Part shown: positions 10,355 through 20,131 of the stretch, one piece after another
Layout: every line of letters begins with the position of its first letter
Position numbering within the stretch: the first letter of the stretch is position 1
NCBI GenBank assembly: GCA_964583485.1
Contig: CAZOVC010000002.1
Span: 2,959-66,958, forward strand
From: an uncultured Candidatus Saccharibacteria bacterium
GTDB taxonomy: Bacteria; Patescibacteriota; Minisyncoccia; Minisyncoccales; GWA2-38-27
DNA length: 64,000 nt
Direction of reading: 5' to 3'
Translations under genes and position numbers: made by a program
Notes under the pieces: generated by a model
Told to the model about the DNA's origin: nothing
The model's input: only the letters and a program-made list of their open reading frames with translations
Database searches by the model: none

Positions 10355-10753
10355 ATGGAAAAATACAAAAAATTAGATTTTAGAATGACTCCAGCGCCGA
10401 ATGCTCAAATACAAAATGCTCATGAGGAATTAGAAAAAGCTTCTAAAGATGTAGACGAAAGATTCAATGCCTACGAGGAAACCTGTAAAAAAGTGGCTGA
10501 AACAGATTGGAATTTCTTACACCTTGGTGGACTTAAGGATAGACAAAAAGGACTGGAACTTCACAATTCTGTTGAAAAAACCCGCGAGGAAAGTCTTAAA
10601 GACGAAGAAAAAGCCCTTCAGGTCTACTTAGATGCTTGCAAGGTAAAAGCTGAAAAAATTAAGCTCCTTCATGGCACGATTTGTTTTTGTCAAGAAGCGA
10701 AAAAGGCCGGGTGGTTTAAGGGAAAATCTTGGTCCCCCTCTACAAAAGTGTGA
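10355..10753 (+). CDS. Orphan helical protein in solo cassette
   Basis: 132 aa; own promoter, GAAAGGA SD, downstream hairpin GGCGTCAAAT..ATTTGACGCC. Confidence 0.7.
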   Translation: MEKYKKLDFRMTPAPNAQIQNAHEELEKASKDVDERFNAYEETCKKVAETDWNFLHLGGLKDRQKGLELHNSVEKTREESLKDEEKALQVYLDACKVKAEKIKLLHGTICFCQEAKKAGWFKGKSWSPSTKV

Positions 10754-10818
10754 TCTTTCCATTTTATTCGGGTCATAAGGCGTCAAATTCTGTCAAAAGG
10801 ATTTGACGCCCTTTTATT

Positions 10819-12150
10819 TTATTTTGAAGAACTAAAGAAATTAACTAAATCTTTCGGTACCCTACCTTCTAAAAGAACTACATCTCCATCTTTACAAAAT
10901 TCCTTTATTTTAGCAATAATATCTTCTGGATTTTCAATTAACAAAATGTTTTTGCTCTCTCCCTTTATTTCTTCAAAGTAATCTTTTGTTGTGATTATTG
11001 CTAAATCGCAAGTTTCTGCGATTTTTTTACCAATTCTTTTATGAATTTGCTTTGATACTTTTCCTAATTCTATTAAGCAAGGCATAACAATAACTCTTTT
11101 TCCTTGATAAAGTTTGAAATACTCTAAATCAGCAATTACTCCATCTGGATTTGCAGAATAAGAAGCGTCAAGAATAGTTAATCCATTGCTTTTCAAAAGC
11201 TTCATTCCTCCTTGTTCTGGTTTAATTTTCAAACAGGCCCTTGAAATTTCTACTAAACTCATTCCTAATTTTTTAGCACAGGATGCAGCCAGTAAAATAT
11301 TATTTATGTTGTGTTTCCCTAATAAATTAATCTTGAAATCTACTCCATCAACTTTGAAAGAAACAAACTCTTTTTCAACAACAATGTCTGTAGCAGTTAA
11401 ATCTAAATTATTATAATCTATTTTGACTTCTGAACACTCTAAAATCTCATTTTTGGCTTTTTTAATATTCTCTAAAGAGCCAAAAGTAGATAAATGTTGT
11501 TCATTTATGCCAGTTAATATGCCTATTTTTGGCTGAAGCATTTTGCAAACCTGTTTGATTTTTCCTCTTTCATAAGCTCCTATTTCAGCGATAAAAATCT
11601 GGTGAAAGAAACCGAGCTCCTTTAAAATTGTTTTAGCAATTCCTATTTCAGCATTTATATTCCTTTCAGTTTTTAAAACATTATACTTTTCAGAAAGAAT
11701 TATTGCTAAAAACTCTTTAGTTGAGCTCTTGCCGTAGCTTCCAGTAATGCCAATAACTATAAGATTTTTGAATTGTTCTCTTTTTTTCTTGGCTTTGTTT
11801 AAACTAATTTTTATCCAAATATTTGCAGGGATTTGAAACAATGAAATTAAAACTGAAATAAATATTGGCGCGAAAATAATTAAAAATACAAGTAAAAGTA
11901 AAGAGTAAAAATAAAATAAAATAAAAATTTCAAGCAATACTCCAAAAATTAAAATAACAATAACTTTTAAGGTTAATTTGGGATATCTAATACCATGAAA
12001 ACTAAAAAGAAACTTCCTTATTTTTTGCGTCTCAAAATGCGCTTTAAATCTTCCTAAATGATATTCTTTTAATTGCCAAAGCCAAACCCAAAAAACGAGC
12101 AGCTTTGTAAAAACCAAAAACCAAACAATGCTAATTAATATTTTTATCAT
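10819..12150 (-). CDS. murF: MurF-type Mur ligase with N-terminal TM region
   Basis: GITGSYGKSSTKE P-loop, EIGAY, DASYSAN and ELG motifs. Confidence 0.85.
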   Translation of the reverse strand: MIKILISIVWFLVFTKLLVFWVWLWQLKEYHLGRFKAHFETQKIRKFLFSFHGIRYPKLTLKVIVILIFGVLLEIFILFYFYSLLLLVFLIIFAPIFISVLISLFQIPANIWIKISLNKAKKKREQFKNLIVIGITGSYGKSSTKEFLAIILSEKYNVLKTERNINAEIGIAKTILKELGFFHQIFIAEIGAYERGKIKQVCKMLQPKIGILTGINEQHLSTFGSLENIKKAKNEILECSEVKIDYNNLDLTATDIVVEKEFVSFKVDGVDFKINLLGKHNINNILLAASCAKKLGMSLVEISRACLKIKPEQGGMKLLKSNGLTILDASYSANPDGVIADLEYFKLYQGKRVIVMPCLIELGKVSKQIHKRIGKKIAETCDLAIITTKDYFEEIKGESKNILLIENPEDIIAKIKEFCKDGDVVLLEGRVPKDLVNFFSSSK

Positions 12151-12878
12151 AAATTCTTGCTTATTACTTCAGCTAATTCATCCGGGGCTTTTATATTAAT
12201 ATCATGGCCCACGTTGAGAATAATCTCTAATTTTGAATCTTTTATTTTTTGATTAATAATTTTTGCATCATTTAATGAAGTGATATTGTCTTTTTCGCCC
12301 CAAATAATAACTGCTGGAATTTGAATCTGGGAAAGAACATCTGAAAGATCTTGTTTAATTACTTTCAAATAAATTTCTTTTATTACACCGTTAACAGAGG
12401 GATAATCGCTTTTTGTAATGAATCTATAAAACGCTCGTCTTAATAAAGAAGAAGATAAAAAACGAGATGGGAAAATTTTAGAAAGGATATAGAAAAATCT
12501 TTTTTTAGGCGTCTTTCTCCTAAAACAAGCAGCGCTTATTAAAAACAGCTTATCTATTTTCTCTGGGAATTTCAAACCGCATTTAACTGCTAAAGCGCCG
12601 CCAAAAGAATGCCCCAAAAGATAAAATTTGTCCAAATTCAAAAAATTAACAAAATCTTCAACAAAATCGCAATAATTATCAAGATTCCAAGCCCTTTGTG
12701 GTTTATCACTTTGTCCAAAACCAGGTAAATCTGGAATAATTACCTTTATTCCATTTTGAGATAATAACTCCCCTACCCTCCGCCACCTTTCAGAATTAGA
12801 CCCCCAGCCATGCAAAATCAGGAGAGGTCTACCCTCTCCTAAAGTTTTGTAATTAATTTTTAATCCTTTAATAATCAT
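12147..12878 (-). CDS. Alpha/beta hydrolase
   Basis: LHGWG, DLPGFG, GHSFGG nucleophile elbow, WGEKD, GH. Confidence 0.92.
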   Translation of the reverse strand: MIIKGLKINYKTLGEGRPLLILHGWGSNSERWRRVGELLSQNGIKVIIPDLPGFGQSDKPQRAWNLDNYCDFVEDFVNFLNLDKFYLLGHSFGGALAVKCGLKFPEKIDKLFLISAACFRRKTPKKRFFYILSKIFPSRFLSSSLLRRAFYRFITKSDYPSVNGVIKEIYLKVIKQDLSDVLSQIQIPAVIIWGEKDNITSLNDAKIINQKIKDSKLEIILNVGHDINIKAPDELAEVISKNL

Positions 12879-14137
12879 TTTATCTCTTTAAAGCCAGTGT
12901 ATTTCTGAAGAACTTCCGGCACCTTAACGCTTCCGTCTTTTTGCTGATAATTCTCAATAATAGCAATTATTGTTCTTCCTATGGCAAAAGCAGTGCCATT
13001 TAAAGTATGAACAAACTTTAATTTATTATTTTTATCCCGATATCTAATACTTAATCTCCTGGCCTGAAAATCAGCGCAATTAGAAGTAGAATGAGTTTCT
13101 CGATAACGATTTTCAGAAGGAATCCAAGATTCAATATCATAAGTAGCGGCTGACGGTCTTGCTAAATCTCCTGTGCAAATTTGTACAACTTGATAAGCTA
13201 TTTTTAAAAGCTTCATCAGTTTTTCTTGGCAAGACAGAATGAATTGATGTTCTTGCGCAGATTTATCTGGATGACAAAAACTAAACATCTCAATTTTATC
13301 AAATTGATGAACTCTTAAAATCCCTTTGGTATCTTTTCCATAAGAACCAGCTTCTCGACGAAAACAAGTTGAAAAACCAAGATATCTTTTTGTAAGATTC
13401 CTTTGTTCAAAAATCTCATCTGCATGCATAGTCCCAATTGGTTGTTCAGCAGTGCCTGCTAAAAATAAATCGTCTTTGGGAAGATAATACGCTTCTTCTA
13501 CATCTGATTGTTCTAAATATCCCATTCCTCTTATTTTGTCTGATTTTATCATTACCGGAGGAATAATTGGTATAAATTCTTCTTTTACTAAAGTATCAAA
13601 AGCTAAGTTTATTAAACCAAATTCAAGCAAGACAGCTTGATTTTTTAAATAACCAAAACGAGTTCCTGAAACTTTTGCCGCTCTTTTTACATCAATCAAA
13701 TCAAGTTTTTCAGCAATTTCCATATAACCTTTTGGTTTGAAATCAAACTTTGTCTTTTCTCCAACTTTCCGCATAACAACATTATCGTTTTCATCTTTAC
13801 CAACCGGCACATCATCTAAAGGCGTATTTGGGACTTGATACGTCAATATCTCAAACTTTTTATCAATCTTTTTCAAACTCTCTTTTAATTTATCGCCCTT
13901 TTTATCTATTTTCTGCATCTTTGAAATAATCTTTTTCTTTTCTTTTTTATCTTTTGCTTTACTAATTTCTTTGCCCGCTTTATTCTTCTGGGCAAAGATT
14001 TTTTCTAATTCTGTTTGAATTCTTCTCTTTTTCTCATCTGTTTTCAAAAGCTGGTCAATATCAATCTTGATTTGCTTGTTCTGGCAAGCTTGTTTAACTT
14101 TTTTTGGATTTTCTCTAATGAATTTTATATCTAACAT
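12875..14137 (-). CDS. serS: Serine--tRNA ligase
   Basis: MLDIKFIREN, GTAE, FRREAG, RVHQF and TLNGT motifs. Confidence 0.98.
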   Translation of the reverse strand: MLDIKFIRENPKKVKQACQNKQIKIDIDQLLKTDEKKRRIQTELEKIFAQKNKAGKEISKAKDKKEKKKIISKMQKIDKKGDKLKESLKKIDKKFEILTYQVPNTPLDDVPVGKDENDNVVMRKVGEKTKFDFKPKGYMEIAEKLDLIDVKRAAKVSGTRFGYLKNQAVLLEFGLINLAFDTLVKEEFIPIIPPVMIKSDKIRGMGYLEQSDVEEAYYLPKDDLFLAGTAEQPIGTMHADEIFEQRNLTKRYLGFSTCFRREAGSYGKDTKGILRVHQFDKIEMFSFCHPDKSAQEHQFILSCQEKLMKLLKIAYQVVQICTGDLARPSAATYDIESWIPSENRYRETHSTSNCADFQARRLSIRYRDKNNKLKFVHTLNGTAFAIGRTIIAIIENYQQKDGSVKVPEVLQKYTGFKEIK

Positions 14138-14138
14138 A

Positions 14139-15629
14139 TTACTTTGGACGCATTGTAGGAAATAGAATTACTTCTTTTAACGAGTGCGAATCAGTTAATA
14201 AAGCTGTTAATCTGTCGATTCCCATTCCAAAGCCAGCAGCCGGAGGCATTCCATACTCCAGGGCCTCAATAAAGTCCTTGTCCATTCTCTGAGCTTGTTC
14301 AAAACCTTTTTTAAATATCTTTTCCTGCTCTTTAAATCTTTGCTCTTGAACAAGAGGATTATTTAATTCAGAAAAAGCTTTGACTAACTCAATTCCCATA
14401 GCAATAAATTGAAAGCTCGCTGATTTAGAAGGATTTTTATCTAATGGCTTTGCCAAAGGAAAAGTTTCTGCAGGATAATGGATAACAAATGTTGGCTGTT
14501 CTATTTTAGGCCTAATAACTTTTTTAAATATCTCATCAGTTATTTCAAACTTTCCTCCTTTGCTCTCTATGCCTAACTTTTTTGCTTCTTTTCTAAGAGC
14601 GTTCTCATTTATTTCCTCTAAATCAATTTTAGTGTGTTTTCTAAATATCTCATTAAATTCAACCCTTTTATACGGAGCCTTAAAGTCTAATCTCTTTCCT
14701 TTACCCCCACTACCAAAATTTTGGTGTGGGGGTTTATATTCAATAATTGTTTTATTAAATAAGTTTTTAATCACAAAAGCAAGCATTTTTTCTGTAAACT
14801 TCATCAGCTCTTTATAATCAGCATAAGCCCAATAAAACTCAAGCATTGTAAAATCAGGGTTATGAGCCCTATCTATTCCTTCATTTCTAAAGCATCTTCC
14901 TATTTCATATATTTTTTCAAACCCGCCTACTAAAAGACGTTTTAAATATAGTTCTAAAGATATTCTTAGATATAAGTCAATGTCTAAAGCATTTAAATGA
15001 GTTTTAAACGGCTTTGCCGTAGCTCCTCCATAAATTGGCTGTAAAATCGGCGTTTCTACTTCTAAAAACCCTTCTTTATCTAAAAATGACCTGATTTCTT
15101 TAATAATTCTTGAACGTAATTCAAACCTTTCTTTAACTTCAGGATTAAAAATCAAATCCAAGTATCTTTTGCGATAACGCTCTTCAACATCTTTTAATCC
15201 ATGCCATTTTTCAGGCAAAGGCAAAAGCGATTTGACCAGAATCTTGTAATCAGCAGCTTCTAAGGTTTTCTCTCCTTTTTTGGTTTTGAATAAAATCCCT
15301 CTTATTTCAATAAAATCGCCGATGTCAAAATTGTCCAGAAAAAACTGAAAACTCTTTTCTCCCAACCGGTCTTTTTTGAATAAAGTTTGGATTTGGGCTG
15401 CGCCGTCTTTAATGTGGGAGAAAACCAATCCGCCGTGCTGTCTCAAAGATATTATCCTGCCTGCTAAAATTATTTCTTTTTTCAGCCGAGCCAGTTTGCT
15501 AAAATCCTCAAGAGCTTGTTGGCAAGTATGGGTTCTTTTTGTCTGGCCTGGATAAGCCGAAAACCCGACATTCTCAATTGCCTTAAGTTTCTTTATTCTA
15601 TTTTTCCGAATTTCATCAATAGTCGCCAT
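14139..15629 (-). CDS. lysS: Lysine--tRNA ligase, class II
   Basis: YRKRYLDL, GGATAKPF, FRNEG and YGMPPAAGFGMGIDR motifs. Confidence 0.98.
   Translation of the reverse strand: MATIDEIRKNRIKKLKAIENVGFSAYPGQTKRTHTCQQALEDFSKLARLKKEIILAGRIISLRQHGGLVFSHIKDGAAQIQTLFKKDRLGEKSFQFFLDNFDIGDFIEIRGILFKTKKGEKTLEAADYKILVKSLLPLPEKWHGLKDVEERYRKRYLDLIFNPEVKERFELRSRIIKEIRSFLDKEGFLEVETPILQPIYGGATAKPFKTHLNALDIDLYLRISLELYLKRLLVGGFEKIYEIGRCFRNEGIDRAHNPDFTMLEFYWAYADYKELMKFTEKMLAFVIKNLFNKTIIEYKPPHQNFGSGGKGKRLDFKAPYKRVEFNEIFRKHTKIDLEEINENALRKEAKKLGIESKGGKFEITDEIFKKVIRPKIEQPTFVIHYPAETFPLAKPLDKNPSKSASFQFIAMGIELVKAFSELNNPLVQEQRFKEQEKIFKKGFEQAQRMDKDFIEALEYGMPPAAGFGMGIDRLTALLTDSHSLKEVILFPTMRPK
14700..14737. repeat. 33-nt palindromic element inserted in frame in lysS (KPPHQNFGSGG)
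   Basis: Matches 4440-4477 and 42911-42947; TAAA repeated at both ends. Confidence 0.9.
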
Positions 15630-15775
15630 TAACTAATTTTACCAAATAGCTAAAATAAAAACAAGGAACTAAGCTCGTTAAACTATAAAAACACCTTAAC
15701 TTTGCCATCACAATATTAAAGTGTTTCTTTTTCTTTATGCCAAAAATTGTCCAATCGGACAATTTTTGGCACACC

Positions 15776-15804
15776 TTGACAGGTTTGAATTAATATGATA
15801 TGCT
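15776..15804 (+). promoter_or_regulatory. Sigma70 promoter, cassette A
   Basis: TTGACA-17-TATGCT; near-identical to 17378-17406. Confidence 0.7.
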
Positions 15805-15896
15805 GTAAATAGTAAACCTCGTTAAAAAATGAGATTTTCTAACGGGGTAAAAAGAATAAATTCTTTGTTTAAAATTTTATTTGGAAAGGAAATAAA

Positions 15897-16292
15897 ATGA
15901 AATTGGCAAATGTTTATCCAGTAATAGCAGTAATAGTAATTTCTGTCTGTGCGGCTACATTCATTCATTTCATTTTTGTCCCCGAATTCAAGCAGCCCAA
16001 GTTACCGGACATACGCGTAAGCGTATCAAGAGGAAATCCTGAAGAGGACAAACTCGGAGAGATGACAGTCACTACTCACAACCGATGGGGAAAAAATAGA
16101 GTAGTTGTTTTCCACGATTATGGTTTTAATGGAAAGAACTATTGTTTTGACGGAATATTAGACGCGGTTGATGACCCTGAAGGATTAAAATACGGTCATA
16201 CAGATCGGAAAACATGGGAAGAAAGATTTTCTGAAGTTCTAAAAGAATACATAACCGGCAAAAGACCAAAATTCACAGAACCATCTCAATAG
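15897..16292 (+). CDS. Membrane-anchored orphan protein (paralog of 17462..17758)
   Basis: N-terminal TM; WGK..FHD..TW..RF.E shared with paralog. Confidence 0.75.
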   Translation: MKLANVYPVIAVIVISVCAATFIHFIFVPEFKQPKLPDIRVSVSRGNPEEDKLGEMTVTTHNRWGKNRVVVFHDYGFNGKNYCFDGILDAVDDPEGLKYGHTDRKTWEERFSEVLKEYITGKRPKFTEPSQ

Positions 16293-16351
16293 CACAAAAG
16301 CACAAAAAAAGACCCCTTATGAGTTTTACCCTCAAAAAAGGGTCGCAACAA

Positions 16352-16384
16352 AACGTCAAGTTCTACAAAGCTTGGCGTTTTTTT
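16352..16384 (+). terminator. Intrinsic terminator, cassette A
   Basis: AACGTCAAG..CTTGGCGTT plus T-run; copy near 17828-17859. Confidence 0.7.
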
Positions 16385-16385
16385 A

Positions 16386-16772
16386 TTAGCTTATTTTATT
16401 AATAATAAACTGGTTTGCTTTTTGGGTTGCTTCCAATGCTTTTTTGCATTCGTCTTTAGAATAAATCGCAACTTCAGAAGGATATCTTGTCTCAACATAA
16501 TATCTATTCAAAAAAGATACTTCTCTTGTTAATTCTTCGAAATCCTTATTTATTTCTTTGCAGAGATTTAAAAGCCGAATTAAATCATGAATTTTCGGAA
16601 ATTTATTCTTCTTAGAAATTAAAAATGCTTTAAGAGTTTTTTCTACTGTTTGATGACAATGAAAACATATAGAATCAGTAGGACCATTTTCTTTGAGAAG
16701 AATTTCTGCTGTTTTTAAATCATTTTGTGCTTTGAAAATCCATTCTTCAGGTTTTAAATTATTTTGCGGCAT
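16386..16772 (-). CDS. HEPN domain protein (toxin of HEPN-MNT pair)
   Basis: FHCHQTVEKTLK, HDL and RYP motifs; overlaps MNT gene. Confidence 0.9.
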   Translation of the reverse strand: MPQNNLKPEEWIFKAQNDLKTAEILLKENGPTDSICFHCHQTVEKTLKAFLISKKNKFPKIHDLIRLLNLCKEINKDFEELTREVSFLNRYYVETRYPSEVAIYSKDECKKALEATQKANQFIINKIS

Positions 16773-17082
16773 AAATAGTTTTGCCTTGATTAATAATATC
16801 TTTGATAAAAAAGTCGCCTAAAGATAATCGTTTTTTTATCTCTTGAGGAGTATAGACCAAAATATCCAAAGCCATCTTTCTATCTAAAAGCATTCTATCT
16901 AATTCTAAATGACGTTTTGTTCTTGGTTTTTTGCTTTTTTTAATTACAAATAAATCTACATCACTATCTTCGTGAGGTTTTCCATAAACAAAACTGCCGT
17001 AGAGGATTATCTTCTCTGGTTTATACTTTTCTACAATCTGCTTAGCAATATTCTCAATCTCTTTTTGATGCAATTTGCTCAT
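16759..17082 (-). CDS. Minimal nucleotidyltransferase (MNT antitoxin)
   Basis: GSFVYG...DSDVDL and DILVYTP motifs. Confidence 0.9.
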   Translation of the reverse strand: MSKLHQKEIENIAKQIVEKYKPEKIILYGSFVYGKPHEDSDVDLFVIKKSKKPRTKRHLELDRMLLDRKMALDILVYTPQEIKKRLSLGDFFIKDIINQGKTIYAAK

Positions 17083-17377
17083 TATTTAATTCTACCAAAT
17101 AATATATTTTAGGTCAAAACCCTGTAGAGAAAATTTGATTTGCCCTGCAAGAAAAGATTTTCTAAAAGAAAATCTTTATCAAATTTCTTCTACGGGATCA
17201 AAAGAAAAAAAACAAGGAACTAATTATAAACTATTTTTTCATAAACCATCTTTATCTTTGTATGCCAAAAATCCGACGATCGTCGGATTTTTGGCACCGT
17301 CTCTTAAATTTCTTAATTTTTTGACTCTTAATCTCGACTCCTAATATAGACGGCCGTCTGTTTTGAGAGTCAAACTA

Positions 17378-17406
17378 TTGACAGGTTTGAACTAATATGA
17401 TATACT
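17378..17406 (+). promoter_or_regulatory. Sigma70 promoter, cassette B
   Basis: TTGACA-17-TATACT. Confidence 0.7.
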
Positions 17407-17461
17407 GTAAGTAGTAAAAAAGAACTAAAAATCTTTATTCATAATTTGGAAGGGAATTGAA

Positions 17462-17758
17462 ATGAATGAAAAAAAGAGAATAATAATAGCAGGAGCAGCA
17501 AAAACAATAGGACTAATAGTAGTTATTCTTGCTATAACTATGTCTATAGCTATGTATTGCGACATTGATCCATTTGGACATAAATGTTTTTCTGCCGGTG
17601 ACCAATGGGGAAAACAAAATATCAACTTCTTCCATGATCCTAATGGCGAATTAGAAAAAGTTACTTATACTATTTATGTTGAACCGAACTCGCCGGATTG
17701 GGGAACATGGCAAAGAAGATTTTTGGAATTTCAACAAGAAAAAACTATAAACTGGTAG
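17462..17758 (+). CDS. Membrane-anchored orphan protein (paralog of 15897..16292)
   Basis: TM; WGK..FHD..TW.RRF.E; duplicated flanks. Confidence 0.7.
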   Translation: MNEKKRIIIAGAAKTIGLIVVILAITMSIAMYCDIDPFGHKCFSAGDQWGKQNINFFHDPNGELEKVTYTIYVEPNSPDWGTWQRRFLEFQQEKTINW

Positions 17759-17858
17759 AAAAATGGAACCGGTTCGATAGCACAAAAAAGGCCCCTTGTG
17801 AGATACCCTCATAAGGGACTAAAACAGAACGTCAGGTTCTACCAAGCTTGGCGTTTTT

Positions 17859-18974
17859 TTACTGGCTTAAATAAGTTACCATATAATCAGCGATTATTCT
17901 GGCAGCGTTAGGCCGGGAAAATTCTTTTGCTCTTTCTGTCATTTGTTTTAACCTTTCTGGCTGAGAAAATAAATTTTTAATTCTTTCTAAAACAAAATGC
18001 GGTCTTAAGTTTGCTTCTTCTATTACTAAACTAGCCCCATTTTCAGCATAAGCATAAGCATTTTTAACTTGATGATTTTGAGCTGATTCCGGCAAAGGAA
18101 CTAATATGCTTGGTTTTCCTATCAGCGCAATTTCAAAAATAGTTCCTGCTCCGGCCCTGCTAATAATCAAATCAGCTGCTGAATAAGCATTAGCTATTTC
18201 AATTTCATTTAAAAACGGGGAAGGATGATAATACCTTCTAAAGTCTTCTGTTATTACAACTTCCGCCTCTTTTCTTATCTGTTCAAAATTACTCTTGCCT
18301 GTTTGATGAATTATTTCATAATCTTTTAAAATATTGGGCAGAATTGACAATATTTTATCATTTATTCTTTGAGCGCCTTGAGAACCGCCTAAAATTAGAA
18401 TTACTGGTTTTTCTCCTGTTAAATTAAATAATTTCTTTGCTTCTTGTTTAGAGCCTTCTAAAATCTCTTTTCTCGCGGGATTGCCAATTGAAAGCATTTT
18501 TTTTGCTGGAAAGTATTCTGTCTTTTTAATAGAAAAAGAGATAAAAATCTCTAAAGCAAATCTGCCTGCTATTCTGTTAGCTAAACCAGGAGAAATATCT
18601 GATTCATGCAAAAAGATTGGAACCATTAAAATCCAACCAGAAATAGAAGCGGCTATTGATCCATATCCTCCTTTGCTGAAAATAACATCTGGGGAAATGA
18701 TAAAAATGTGATAAAAGGCCTGAAGAATTCCAATAGGAAGCTTAAATATATCAATAACATTCTTAAAAGAAAAATATCTTCTAATTTTGCCGGCTAAAAT
18801 TGTTTTTACCTCAACCCCCTCTTTCAAAAGAAGCTCTTTAGAAAATTTATCCTTAGGTCCTAAGTAAAAAAACTCAAAACCTGCATTAGGATAATTCTTC
18901 TTCATTTCTCTGATAACAGCGACTATTGGAAAAATATGACCAGCGGTTCCTCCGCCAGTAAATAGTATTTTCAT
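17859..18974 (-). CDS. murG: MurG GlcNAc transferase
   Basis: TGGGTAGH, KGGY, HES, GGSQGA, SRAG and HQVKNA motifs. Confidence 0.97.
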   Translation of the reverse strand: MKILFTGGGTAGHIFPIVAVIREMKKNYPNAGFEFFYLGPKDKFSKELLLKEGVEVKTILAGKIRRYFSFKNVIDIFKLPIGILQAFYHIFIISPDVIFSKGGYGSIAASISGWILMVPIFLHESDISPGLANRIAGRFALEIFISFSIKKTEYFPAKKMLSIGNPARKEILEGSKQEAKKLFNLTGEKPVILILGGSQGAQRINDKILSILPNILKDYEIIHQTGKSNFEQIRKEAEVVITEDFRRYYHPSPFLNEIEIANAYSAADLIISRAGAGTIFEIALIGKPSILVPLPESAQNHQVKNAYAYAENGASLVIEEANLRPHFVLERIKNLFSQPERLKQMTERAKEFSRPNAARIIADYMVTYLSQ

Positions 18975-18988
18975 ATTAATTTATTATA

Positions 18989-20077
18989 TCACTTTTTACT
19001 TGATTTTGAAATATTTAAAAGAATTCCTATTCCAATCAGTTCTGCGACTATATGCGAGCCCCCATAACTAATAAACGGCAAAGGAATACCGGTTAATGGT
19101 AAAATGCCAATCATTGCCCCCATGTTAATAAAGGCCTGAATGCAAATCCAGCAGCTTATGCCTATTGCCAGAAGTTGAGAAAATTTATTCTGAGACATTT
19201 TGGCAATTCTAAATCCTTTCCAAAGCAAAAGCAAAAAAAGAGAAATTAGAACAATAGAACCGACAAATCCAGTTTCTTCGGCAAATATGGCAAAGATTGA
19301 ATCTGACATTGTTTGAGGAATCCAGCCAAACTTTTGCGCAGACATACCAAGACCTAACCCAAAAATTCCTCCAGAACCAATAGTAATCAGAATTTGTTTT
19401 ATTTGATAACCCATTCCCATCGGATCAATTCCTGGATTTAAAAAAACTAAAATCCTTTTCATTCTATATGGAGCGATTTTTATTAATCCAAATATTCCTC
19501 CCGCGCATATTAAAATTGCTAAAGCAGTATGCCAAAAAGGAAAACCCGACGAGAAATACATTAAAATGCCAACCGAAATAATTACTGCTAAAGTACTAAC
19601 ATCTGATTGCAGGGTCAAAAGAAAAGCAAGAACTCCTAATATTATTAAAAAAGGAATCAAAGTAAAAGCCTTCTTATTTTTCAGAAAACTAGTTAACAAG
19701 GCGGAAAGATAAATAATAAAAGTAAGTTTTAAAAATTCAGACGGCTGAAAAGTAAAAAATCCCAAATTCATCCAACGAGGCGCTCCTCCAGCAATAATAC
19801 CTATTTTGGGGATAAAAACTAAAGCCATAAAGGCCAGATTTATTAAAATAAATATCAGGGCATATTTTTTTAAAAATGACAAGCTTATTTTAAACGCAAT
19901 AAAACCCAATGCGAGACCGACAGATAATCGAATAATCTGATGCAAAAGATAATAAGTTGTTTTGCCAAACTTTTCTTGGGAAAAATTTGCTGATACGTTA
20001 GCTAAAACTAAAATTCCTATGATTAATAAAATACATGTTACGATAGCTAAAAAATAATCAAACTTATGCTTTTTCAT
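18989..20077 (-). CDS. ftsW: SEDS peptidoglycan polymerase FtsW
   Basis: QPSEFLK, GSGG..G.G, DSIFAIFAEE and TGIPLPFISYGGS motifs; lies between murD and murG. Confidence 0.92.
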   Translation of the reverse strand: MKKHKFDYFLAIVTCILLIIGILVLANVSANFSQEKFGKTTYYLLHQIIRLSVGLALGFIAFKISLSFLKKYALIFILINLAFMALVFIPKIGIIAGGAPRWMNLGFFTFQPSEFLKLTFIIYLSALLTSFLKNKKAFTLIPFLIILGVLAFLLTLQSDVSTLAVIISVGILMYFSSGFPFWHTALAILICAGGIFGLIKIAPYRMKRILVFLNPGIDPMGMGYQIKQILITIGSGGIFGLGLGMSAQKFGWIPQTMSDSIFAIFAEETGFVGSIVLISLFLLLLWKGFRIAKMSQNKFSQLLAIGISCWICIQAFINMGAMIGILPLTGIPLPFISYGGSHIVAELIGIGILLNISKSSKK

Positions 20078-20083
20078 AAATAG

Positions 20084-20131
20084 AATACGAGAACTGTTCT
20101 CGTAGAGCTCTACGAGAACAGTTCTCGTATT
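20084..20131. repeat. Perfect 48-bp palindrome overlapping the murD stop
   Basis: AATACGAGAACTGTTCTCGTAGAG|CTCTACGAGAACAGTTCTCGTATT. Confidence 0.9.
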
